From Patescibacteria group bacterium (GTDB lineage: Bacteria > Patescibacteriota > Minisyncoccia > Moranbacterales > UBA9337), in NCBI GenBank assembly GCA_042569905.1, contig JBHPHA010000003.1:2471-66470 (forward strand): 64,000 bases of DNA, in the 5' to 3' direction. Positions 36,122 to 44,066 of this stretch are shown piece by piece. A program made the position numbers and the translations under genes. The notes beneath the pieces are model-generated. The model was not told the DNA's origin. It did no database searches and saw nothing but the letters and a program-made list of their open reading frames with translations. Positions within the stretch are counted from its first letter, which is position 1. Each line of letters starts with the position of its first letter.

Positions 36122-37057
36122 TTATTCGAATGCATCCTTTAGCCTATTAGATAACTCTTCTGGCCATTCCTGATCATTGGAAGATGCATCAAGTATTTTT
36201 CTTACAAATTCTTCTCTTAATTTTATTTTTTCACTTTGAATTCTACTCTTTAATTCCTGTGGCAACGATTCTCCATTTATAAAATTTTTATCCCGTTCTC
36301 CAATTGAAACATATTTATTTATTTCTTCTTCAGACATTGCCTGATATGCCGATAAAAAACCTAGATAAGTCTTATCAAAACCAATACCGATTGTTTCATC
36401 TATATAATGAGGCCAGACTGAATTCTCTTCTGATTCGCTATTTAACCACTTAACATTTCTTTCAGAAAGCATCTGATCAAAAATAAAAAAATTTAAACCT
36501 TCGTGATAATCTTTTAATTTCTCAGAACGAACTTTAATTATTTTACTCAAATTCCACTCCTCATCTTTCCCTTCCAAAGAAAGTAATTTATACAAAGCTC
36601 TAGCTGTTCTCCCATTTCCATCCTTGAATGGGTGAAGATAAATAATGGCATTAAAAATTAATCTTGAAACAATCTTCTTTTTATTCTCGTCATCACCTAG
36701 AGATATCTCCTTAGCCCTATTAAATGCTTCTTCCATAATAATCACTCTCATTTCTTTTCTTGGAGGAACAATCTCAGCTGAGCCCTCTGTCATCATAAAA
36801 CTACTTACAATTTTTGACTCACTATCAAAAGAATCCCTATTTGCAATTGGGATTTGCTTGATGATTCCATTAATTCTCTCTAAATGAGCCATAAACTGTG
36901 AATAGTCTACCTGACCCAATATATCCATAAAAAAATCAGGATTTTCGAGATCCTTAACGTCAATAATTTTCTCCAAAAACTTCTCCAGCTTCTCAGACCC
37001 TACTACTCTCTCTCGTTCCTCCTCTTTTTGCTGCTTTATATTATCTTCAAAATTCAT
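36122..37057 (-). CDS. Fic-domain protein (putative AMPylase or related nucleotidyl/phosphoryl transferase)
   Basis: Canonical Fic motif HPFKDGNGRTAR. Confidence 0.8.
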   Translation of the reverse strand: MNFEDNIKQQKEEERERVVGSEKLEKFLEKIIDVKDLENPDFFMDILGQVDYSQFMAHLERINGIIKQIPIANRDSFDSESKIVSSFMMTEGSAEIVPPRKEMRVIIMEEAFNRAKEISLGDDENKKKIVSRLIFNAIIYLHPFKDGNGRTARALYKLLSLEGKDEEWNLSKIIKVRSEKLKDYHEGLNFFIFDQMLSERNVKWLNSESEENSVWPHYIDETIGIGFDKTYLGFLSAYQAMSEEEINKYVSIGERDKNFINGESLPQELKSRIQSEKIKLREEFVRKILDASSNDQEWPEELSNRLKDAFE

Positions 37058-37117
37058 AATTAATTTAAATATCGCATTATCCTTATCTGTATAATATCAC
37101 AATAAAATGTTAGAACC

Positions 37118-37156
37118 AAAAAAAGGCTTTAGTTAATTCATAACTAAGCCTCTTTA
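37118..37156 (-). terminator. terminator directly after tRNA-Trp
   Basis: AGGCTTAGTTA / TAACTAAAGCCT stem followed by a T run on the minus strand, then an extended -10 TGATATTAT promoter for the Fic gene. Confidence 0.6.
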
Positions 37157-37175
37157 TTGGTTCGATTACAATTTG

Positions 37176-37246
37176 CACGGGTGGAGAGAATCGAACTCCC
37201 GCCAGAAGTTTTGGAGACTCCTATACTACCACTATACGACACCCGC
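37176..37246 (-). tRNA. tRNA-Trp (anticodon CCA)
   Basis: Cloverleaf folded by hand. Acceptor GCGGGTG/CACCCGT, anticodon stem GGAGT/ACTTC, loop CTCCAAA, T arm GGGAG-TTCGATT-CTCTC. No encoded CCA. Confidence 0.85.
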
Positions 37247-37354
37247 AAATATTCTATTTTCAATTCACAATAGTTACATTATATCAAACTTTTTACTATT
37301 TTAAAATAGACCTCCTTAACTTTAAAAAATTAATGGAGGCCTGTTTTACAAGTT

Positions 37355-37519
37355 CTATTTCTTCATTTCCTTATGCAAAGTATGCTTTCTACATTTTTTG
37401 CAAAATTTATTCAATTCTAGCTTTTCTTTAATCTTCTTCTTGTTTCTACTAGACCAGTAGTTAATATTGTTACAGTCAACACATTTTAACTTTACTAGGT
37501 TTTCTTTTCTTGACGCCAT
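37355..37519 (-). CDS. rpmG: 50S ribosomal protein L33 (54 aa); below the ORF-track cutoff
   Basis: MASRKENLVKLKCVDCNNINYWSSRNKKKIKEKLELNKFCKKCRKHTLHKEMKK carries the CxxC...CxxC L33 pattern. Confidence 0.85.
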   Translation of the reverse strand: MASRKENLVKLKCVDCNNINYWSSRNKKKIKEKLELNKFCKKCRKHTLHKEMKK

Positions 37520-37567
37520 ATTGTTATAAAAAAATTATTCTGTATATTACTTAAAATTAAAAAAATG

Positions 37568-37640
37568 AGCCGTTGCGCGGAATTGAACCGCGGACCTCAT
37601 CCTTACCATGGATGCGCTCTACCAACTGAGCTACAACGGC
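37568..37640 (-). tRNA. tRNA-Thr (anticodon GGT)
   Basis: GCCGTTG acceptor, anticodon stem CATCC/GGATG, loop ATGGTAA, T arm CGCGG-TTCAATT-CCGCG. Confidence 0.85.
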
Positions 37641-37683
37641 AATCCACGATTTTCCGACACGTCACATAATAAATCACTGTATG

Positions 37684-37766
37684 TGGGCAGGGACGGATTT
37701 GAACCGTCGAAGTCCGAAGACGTCTGATTTACAGTCAGATGCATTTGACCACTCTGCCACCTACCC
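37684..37766 (-). tRNA. tRNA-Tyr (anticodon GTA), long variable arm
   Basis: GGGTAGG acceptor, anticodon stem TCTGA/TCAGA, loop CTGTAAA, variable arm GTC-TTCG-GAC, T arm GACGG-TTCAAAT-CCGTC. Confidence 0.85.
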
Positions 37767-37797
37767 ATGCTACTATTAAGTTTTCTGAAAAAACTTG

Positions 37798-37870
37798 AGC
37801 CGCTTAGCGGACTTGAACCGTTAACCTACTGTTTACAAAACAGTTGCTCTACCAATTGAGCTAAAGCGGC
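37798..37870 (-). tRNA. tRNA-Thr (anticodon TGT)
   Basis: GCCGCTT acceptor, anticodon stem ACTGT/ACAGT, loop TTTGTAA, T loop TTCAAGT. Confidence 0.8.
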
Positions 37871-37907
37871 GTATGATTGTGACTAACTTCACAATCATAA
37901 TTATATA

Positions 37908-38747
37908 CTATCTCTTATTTTTAATCAACCCCTCTATACTATCAACACTACTCTTCGCTTTTTCATTTAAAGGATTGAGTTTTAGGACATACTTATAGCA
38001 AGAAAGCGCATCAATATCATTCCCCTGCTGTCTGTAATAATCCCCTAATCTTTCATAGGCTTCCACATCTCGAGGGTCTTGAGCGATTCTTTCTACCAAA
38101 ATTTCTTCGAGTTGCTCCTTTTTAATCTCTTCTTTTTTTTGCATTTGAAGCTCTCTTCTTCTTGCCTCAGGATAAACAACTGAGTTACTTATCATCGGAG
38201 ATTTCCTCTTTTCATCTTTTAATAACACACCCTTCTTTACTGCCTCTTTTGATCCAGAAGAAGCCCTAGGCCTTAGATTAGTACTCTTTGCACCTCTCTT
38301 GAAATCTAAACCTTTCCATCTTCTTTTTGCTACGCTAGTATCATTAACTTCAGCCTTCAAGTTCTCGACAGGTTTGACTTCATCCTCTGCTTCCTCCAAT
38401 TCAGGTTTCACCGCAATTTCACTTTCATCACTAAAATCAAAACTACTTTCCAATACATGGTCTTTCTTATCTTGAGATTGCCGCTTGTATTTTCTAATAG
38501 ACTTTATCCAGCTGTCCAGTAAATTATTAAATTTTGATAATACTGCCTTAAAACGATGAACTCCTTTCTCAACTAAAGGTAGTAGCTTGTTTTTTAACTT
38601 AATACGCTCGCCAATATCCTCAGAATGTTCTTTTCGAACAACTGTAGAACTTCCTAATTCAAATGATTTACGTGACAATACAAATAATATTGATGCCACA
38701 CTGACAATCATTATTATTGGCGGTAGGATAAAATACAAATATGGCAT
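37908..38747 (-). CDS. membrane-anchored TPR-repeat protein
   Basis: N-terminal transmembrane helix. C-terminal TPR-like AYERLGDYYRQQGNDIDALSCYKYVLKLNP. Confidence 0.55.
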   Translation of the reverse strand: MPYLYFILPPIIMIVSVASILFVLSRKSFELGSSTVVRKEHSEDIGERIKLKNKLLPLVEKGVHRFKAVLSKFNNLLDSWIKSIRKYKRQSQDKKDHVLESSFDFSDESEIAVKPELEEAEDEVKPVENLKAEVNDTSVAKRRWKGLDFKRGAKSTNLRPRASSGSKEAVKKGVLLKDEKRKSPMISNSVVYPEARRRELQMQKKEEIKKEQLEEILVERIAQDPRDVEAYERLGDYYRQQGNDIDALSCYKYVLKLNPLNEKAKSSVDSIEGLIKNKR

Positions 38748-38751
38748 TTTT

Positions 38752-39522
38752 TTATTTTAATTCGCTTTTTTTAATGCTTACAATCTTATTGTCTTTTGTT
38801 CTTACTCTGATTTCCTGTTTTATAGCGTTTACCTCAATAACATCTCCCTCAATATCACCCACCTTAATCTTGCTATACAGCTCAGGCATTCCTTTTAGTA
38901 ACTCCCGATATTGATCAGCCTCATAAGAAAGACAGCACATCAATCTTCCACACAACCCTGAAATCCTTTCAGAGCCCCTGTGAGACACTTGTTGAAGCTT
39001 GGCCATCTCAGTAGAGATACTTGGGATACTACCTGGAAACTTAGCACAGCACAGCTCTCTTCCGCAAATTCCACACCCTCCGAGCTTCCTTGCTTCATCT
39101 CTAGATCCTATTTGCCTCATTCTCACAGAACATTGAAACATTTTCGACAAATTCTTAACCAATTGACGAAAATCTATTCTTCCATCTGCTGTAAAAGCAA
39201 TTATAATATTTCGATCAAGAGACGCGTGGATATCAACAAGCTTCATCTCTAAGCCCATTCGCTTAATTTCCTTATGTGTAATATCCAATACGCTCTCCTT
39301 TTTCCTGTTTTGTTCTTCAAACCTATCAATATCCCGTGGTGTAGCTAACCTTAAGATACTACTTTGAGGATCATCTTTTCCTTTATAAATAGATTCAACA
39401 GAACCTAGGTCATTTCCTATCTCACTAATGACAATAACCTTATCACCCTCTTTGAATTCATCCTTACTAAAGTAGGGCTTAGACTCATCCCAACTGTTTA
39501 CAGATACTAAATATTTGAACAT
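38752..39522 (-). CDS. PSP1-domain protein (YaaT/RicT-like)
   Basis: GGCGICGRELCC and LCGRLMCCL cysteine motifs, typical of the PSP1 C-terminal domain. Confidence 0.7.
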   Translation of the reverse strand: MFKYLVSVNSWDESKPYFSKDEFKEGDKVIVISEIGNDLGSVESIYKGKDDPQSSILRLATPRDIDRFEEQNRKKESVLDITHKEIKRMGLEMKLVDIHASLDRNIIIAFTADGRIDFRQLVKNLSKMFQCSVRMRQIGSRDEARKLGGCGICGRELCCAKFPGSIPSISTEMAKLQQVSHRGSERISGLCGRLMCCLSYEADQYRELLKGMPELYSKIKVGDIEGDVIEVNAIKQEIRVRTKDNKIVSIKKSELK

Positions 39523-39566
39523 ACAATATTAATTAGAATAAGTTTTTAATTAATTAGGATAAATTT

Positions 39567-40148
39567 CTATATTTCAAAACGTGAAAATTCTCCAATTTGT
39601 ATATTTTCTCCCATCTTACCAATCTTTTCATTAATCAGCTCTTGAATAGTCAGGTCAGGATTTTTAACAAAACTTTGAGTTAAAAGGGAACTTTCTTCCC
39701 TAAATTTCTTTTCCTTACCCTCCATAATCTTATCCATTATTTCTTGAGGTTTTTTCTCTTCTTTCATTTGTTCTGCCCAAATTTCTCTTTCCTTAGCAAC
39801 AAGATCTTCAGAAACAGCCTCTGGACTCAAGAACTTCGGAGACATTGCGCTTATGTGCATTGCGATATCGTTAGCTAGCTCTTGGAATTCGTCATTTCTA
39901 GCAACAAAATCAGTTTCACAATAAAGCTTTATCATTGAAGCGATTTTTTGATTAGAGTGAACGTAACAGGCAACAATACCTTCTCTAGCTTCTCTATCAG
40001 CTTTTTTCAAAGCCTTACCTTGTCCACTTTTTCTCAAAATATCAATAGCCTTCTCCTCATCTCCACCCGCCTCATCAATAGCTTTTTTCACATCAACCAT
40101 CCCTGCTCCTGTTATTTCTCTAACTTTTTTTATTAATTCTAATCCCAT
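39567..40148 (-). CDS. tsf: translation elongation factor Ts (short, 193 aa)
   Basis: N-terminus LIKKVREITGAGMVDVKKAI..AGGD.EKAI..LRK. Confidence 0.85.
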   Translation of the reverse strand: MGLELIKKVREITGAGMVDVKKAIDEAGGDEEKAIDILRKSGQGKALKKADREAREGIVACYVHSNQKIASMIKLYCETDFVARNDEFQELANDIAMHISAMSPKFLSPEAVSEDLVAKEREIWAEQMKEEKKPQEIMDKIMEGKEKKFREESSLLTQSFVKNPDLTIQELINEKIGKMGENIQIGEFSRFEI

Positions 40149-40184
40149 ATTTTTATAAGTTTATCTTTTGAATTATCAGTATTC

Positions 40185-40910
40185 TTATTTTGTCAAAGTT
40201 TTAGCAACAGCTCCTAGTATCATTCTGATTGAAGAAACAGCATCATCATTAGCTGGAATTATGTAATCAATATTTTCTGGATCATTATTAGTATCAGCTA
40301 CTGCAATTACTGGAACATTTACTTTAAGAGCTTCTTCAATAGCTAGAGAATCTTCTTTAGCACCAACTACAAAAATAGCTGCTGGCAATTCGCTCATATT
40401 CTTGATTCCACCCATCTTTCTCTCTAGTCTTTCAATTTCCTCAACTTTCTTCAATTTTTCAAGTTTGGTATATTTTTCAAAAGCTCCGCTCTCCATTTGC
40501 TCTTGTGAATCTTTTAAATATTTTGTCCTACCTCTGATAACTCTAAAGTTAGTAAAAGTACCACCAAGCCAACGTTCTACAACGAAAGGCATCTCAGATG
40601 CTTCAGCAACCTTCCTCATCAAACCTTTAGCTTGTTTCTTAGTACCTACGAAAAGGATCTTCTTTCCTTCTTTTTTGATTCCTTCCATAAAGCTCAATGC
40701 TTCGTTAAGCTTTACTAAACTCTTCTCTAAGTCAATAATATTAACTCCGTTTCTTAATCCGAAAATGTATTCATTCATCTTAGGATTTCTTCTTGACTTA
40801 AGATGTCCAAAATGAACACCACTTTTAAGCATAGATTCTAAGCTAATTTCTGTGCTCGCGTAATCCCATTCAGCAGTTACTTTTTCTTTTTTCTCAACTT
40901 TTTTACTCAT
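40185..40910 (-). CDS. rpsB: 30S ribosomal protein S2
   Basis: LLKSGVHFGH....NPKM..YIFG.RNG..IIDL and VVD motifs. Confidence 0.9.
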   Translation of the reverse strand: MSKKVEKKEKVTAEWDYASTEISLESMLKSGVHFGHLKSRRNPKMNEYIFGLRNGVNIIDLEKSLVKLNEALSFMEGIKKEGKKILFVGTKKQAKGLMRKVAEASEMPFVVERWLGGTFTNFRVIRGRTKYLKDSQEQMESGAFEKYTKLEKLKKVEEIERLERKMGGIKNMSELPAAIFVVGAKEDSLAIEEALKVNVPVIAVADTNNDPENIDYIIPANDDAVSSIRMILGAVAKTLTK

Positions 40911-41090
40911 AATTTTTTCCTTTTCTTTAATTTAAAGATAATTAAACTTCTGCTCTTTTTCTAATTAAATAGAAACTCATGCACCAAAAAAATGGCAGGA
41001 ACGAGTTTCAAAAAAGAACATGATTATTTGTATTTTTAATAAAAAACACATAAAAAACAATCACATATTAGTATAACAAATATAAAACAC

Positions 41091-41119
41091 TTGTCAATTG
41101 TTAATTGCTATGATACAAT
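41091..41119 (+). promoter_or_regulatory. promoter of rpmE
   Basis: TTGTCA, 17 nt, TACAAT, with an extended -10 TGA. Confidence 0.5.
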
Positions 41120-41256
41120 TACTTTTGTTGAAATTGAATGCTAGTTATTAGAAACTAACATCTTGTGTTTGTTTTTCGTTTTAGTTATACTATTTAAAAG
41201 AAGCGTCTATCAATTTAACAGTTAAAATTTATTTATTTGATTTTTATTAAAATATT

Positions 41257-41595
41257 ATGAAAAAAGATATACACCCAGAATACCATGAAAAAGCTGTAAT
41301 CTCATGTGGTTGCGGAGCAAAACTAGAAACAGGATCAACTCAAGAAAATATTGAAATTGAAATCTGTTCTCAGTGTCACCCATTTTTCACTGGTAAGAAA
41401 AAAACTATCGATACAGCTGGTAGAATTGAAAGATTCAAGAAGCTTACTAGTAAAGTTGACGAAAAGAAAGCTGAAGCTGAAAAGAATAAAGCTGCTAAGG
41501 CTAAAAAAGCTACTAAAGCTACTGACAAGAAAAAGAAAGAAGTTAAGAAAGCTACTAAAGCTACAGACAAGAAAAAGAAAACAGCTAAGAAATAG
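41257..41595 (+). CDS. rpmE: 50S ribosomal protein L31 with a Lys-rich C-terminal extension
   Basis: MKKDIHPEY...CGCG...[11 protein letters not shown] core, then about 45 aa of K/A/T-rich tail with a duplicated [12 protein letters not shown]. Confidence 0.85.
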   Translation: MKKDIHPEYHEKAVISCGCGAKLETGSTQENIEIEICSQCHPFFTGKKKTIDTAGRIERFKKLTSKVDEKKAEAEKNKAAKAKKATKATDKKKKEVKKATKATDKKKKTAKK

Positions 41596-41610
41596 TCACC
41601 TACTTATTAT

Positions 41611-41636
41611 AAAAACCCCTCTAAAAAGGGGTTTTT
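41611..41636 (+). terminator. rho-independent terminator of rpmE
   Basis: AAAAACCCCT / AGGGGTTTTT. Confidence 0.7.
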
Positions 41637-41650
41637 CTTTTGCCAAAATT

Positions 41651-41686
41651 AAAAACCACTTACCGTTGTTAGTAAGTGGTTTTTTT
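41651..41686. terminator. bidirectional terminator
   Basis: AAAAACCACTTAC / GTAAGTGGTTTTTTT, directly after the trxB stop. Confidence 0.7.
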
Positions 41687-41687
41687 A

Positions 41688-42599
41688 TTATCTCTGTAGG
41701 TATGCCTGGATACCACTTGCAGCAATTGCTCCCTCAGAAGCTGCTGTTATAATTTGCTTGAATTTATTTGAGCCACTTGTAATGTCTCCAGCTGCCCAGA
41801 CTCCCGAGATATTGGTTCTTCCGTCAGTCTCTACCTTTATATATCCCTCTTCATCTAAATCAATTCCCATATCCTTAATGATATCCGTACTTGGAACGAG
41901 TCCAATCTCAATAAATATCCCGTCTATTTTTAATTTATCTGAATCATTATAAGAAGAGTCTAATAATATTTCAGTCAATTTATCATCTCCAATTACCTCC
42001 TTTACATTCGTATTATAAATAACTTCTATTTTTGAATTATTTTCAATACTCCTTTTCCAAAAACTTTCTGCGCGTAAATCATCTCCCCTGTAGATGACAT
42101 AAACCTTCCTTGCAACGTTTGAAAGATGTACTGCAGAACTGGCGGCACTATCGCTTCCACCCACAACAGCCACAATTTTATCTTTATAAAAAAATCCGTC
42201 ACAGGTAGCGCAATATGACACTCCCTTACCAGCAAGCTCCTTTTCTCCTGGAATACCTAGGTGTCTATGCTTTGTCCCCATCGACAAAAGTATTGCTTTT
42301 GACCTTACTGTTCCCCCATCACTTAACAGTAATTCAAAATCCTCTCCTTTTTTACTCACCTGATCAACTGAGATATTTTTTATTTCTGCTCCCAAGCTCT
42401 TCACATGATTTGCCGCGTTGGTTGCAAATTCAAAACCAGTTATCTTTTCTGTCCCAAGCCAATTACCAATCTCATGCGTCTCAGTAGTCAATCCTCCAGA
42501 AATCTCACCAATAACTATATTATTAACCTCATACCTTGAAGAATAAACAGACGCACAGAGACCAGCTGGACCGGAACCAATTATCGCTAAATCGTACAT
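41688..42599 (-). CDS. trxB: thioredoxin-disulfide reductase
   Basis: GSGPAG FAD motif and redox-active CATCDG. Confidence 0.9.
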   Translation of the reverse strand: MYDLAIIGSGPAGLCASVYSSRYEVNNIVIGEISGGLTTETHEIGNWLGTEKITGFEFATNAANHVKSLGAEIKNISVDQVSKKGEDFELLLSDGGTVRSKAILLSMGTKHRHLGIPGEKELAGKGVSYCATCDGFFYKDKIVAVVGGSDSAASSAVHLSNVARKVYVIYRGDDLRAESFWKRSIENNSKIEVIYNTNVKEVIGDDKLTEILLDSSYNDSDKLKIDGIFIEIGLVPSTDIIKDMGIDLDEEGYIKVETDGRTNISGVWAAGDITSGSNKFKQIITAASEGAIAASGIQAYLQR

Positions 42600-42627
42600 A
42601 ATTCAATTTTTACTCACTATTAACAAA

Positions 42628-44028
42628 TTATTTTATTTTATTCACTGCTTCTTTAAATTTATCCCCCCTATCAAATTCATTTGAAAAGAGTCCAAAACTA
42701 GTCGCACCAGGAGAAAGCAACACAACATCTCCTTTTTCAGCAAACCTACAAGCTTTTTCCAAGGCCTTTTCCATAGAATCCACAATTTCAACCTTTCCTT
42801 CCAATCCCTCCCCTGAAAGACTATTTTTTATCTGTATCGACAATTTCTCCGTAGCGTCACCCTTCAATAAGATTAGTCCTTTAACCTTATCAATGATAAC
42901 CTCTGAAAGCTCTGTAAAGTCCAAGTTCTTATCAGACCCTCCCGCAATTAAAATAATATCTTGATCAAAAGAATTGATAGCTGAGATAGCAGCCTGAGGA
43001 ATTGTTGCAGCAGTATCGTTATAATACTTAACACCATTAACCTCCTTCACAAGCTCTAATCTATGCTCAACACCTTTCAGTGAGGTTATTTTCTTTTTTA
43101 TACTATCTAAATCAACCCCATAAGCATAAACGGCTCCAACAGCTGCCATAACATTAGAGATATTATGCTTTCCAACAATTTTCAAGTCCTTAGTAGCAAC
43201 AATCTTTTTATTATCGATTCCATTATTAAGATACATGTCATCTCCGTCAACAAACACTGACACACCTTCTCTTATTGGTTTATTAGAGAAACCAATGACT
43301 TGAGAAGAAGCCTCCTTGGATAAATCCACAACTGTCTCATCATCAAAATTAGCTATGAGCCAGTTCTTTGGAGTCTGAAATTTGAATATATTACTTTTAT
43401 CCTTAATATATTCCTCCATATTATTGTAATAATTCAGGTGATCTGGAAGAATATTTTTTAAAACTGCTATATGAGGACTTTTTTTGGTATATTTAAGTGC
43501 GGATAATCTCCAGCTTGATAACTCAAAAACAACAACTGAATCCTTTTTTAGCTCCTCTAATTTGTCCAATACTGAAACAGTACTAATCCCAACTTTTATA
43601 GGATTTTTCTTAGTAAGTTTTAGTAAATCATAGATCATGGTTGAAATCGTAGTCTTTCCTTTCGTCCCAGTCACCCCTATAATTGGTCTCTTGCAAAGTT
43701 TAAAAAACAAACTAGAATCCATTTCTACTGGAATATTTTTCTCAAGAGCTAACTTGATCTGCTTATTAGTCCAAGGAATTAGAGGGTTTTTTACAACCAT
43801 ATCAACATTGGTAAAGTCCTCTATTCTGTGTTGCCCTAAAATGTATTCAACACCTTTGAGACCTTTTAGCTTTTCTATAGAAGGACCAAGCTGTTCCTTA
43901 GTTTTAATATCTGTTACAACGACACTGGCTCCATGTTTAACTAAAAATTTAACAGTTCCAACTCCTCCACCAAGAAGTCCTAGTCCAAAAACTGTTATTT
44001 TCATCCCTTCAAGATCTTTTATATTCAT
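42628..44028 (-). CDS. murD: UDP-N-acetylmuramoylalanine--D-glutamate ligase
   Basis: GLG..G N-terminus, VTGTKGKTT P-loop, Mur ligase layout. Confidence 0.85.
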   Translation of the reverse strand: MNIKDLEGMKITVFGLGLLGGGVGTVKFLVKHGASVVVTDIKTKEQLGPSIEKLKGLKGVEYILGQHRIEDFTNVDMVVKNPLIPWTNKQIKLALEKNIPVEMDSSLFFKLCKRPIIGVTGTKGKTTISTMIYDLLKLTKKNPIKVGISTVSVLDKLEELKKDSVVVFELSSWRLSALKYTKKSPHIAVLKNILPDHLNYYNNMEEYIKDKSNIFKFQTPKNWLIANFDDETVVDLSKEASSQVIGFSNKPIREGVSVFVDGDDMYLNNGIDNKKIVATKDLKIVGKHNISNVMAAVGAVYAYGVDLDSIKKKITSLKGVEHRLELVKEVNGVKYYNDTAATIPQAAISAINSFDQDIILIAGGSDKNLDFTELSEVIIDKVKGLILLKGDATEKLSIQIKNSLSGEGLEGKVEIVDSMEKALEKACRFAEKGDVVLLSPGATSFGLFSNEFDRGDKFKEAVNKIK

Positions 44029-44066
44029 ATATCGCGAAATTGATTAAACAATTTAAATTAAATTTA

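Noticed and set aside
37158-37172. GGTTCGATT string on the plus strand next to tRNA-Trp, as a possible second overlapping tRNA
   Set aside because: No cloverleaf can be folded. It is part of the spacer between the tRNA and its terminator.
31889-37246. Integrase, transposase or IntI-type recombinase associated with the cassette arrays
   Set aside because: I looked for tyrosine-recombinase (R..H..R..Y) and DDE-like proteins among all ORFs and recognised none. The absence is reported in the findings rather than assumed away.
41351-41752. 133-aa alternative-frame ORF over the rpmE tail, plus the minus-strand ORF 41376..41570
   Set aside because: These are artefacts of the AAG/AAA-rich repeat. 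The rpmE frame is supported by the L31 core.
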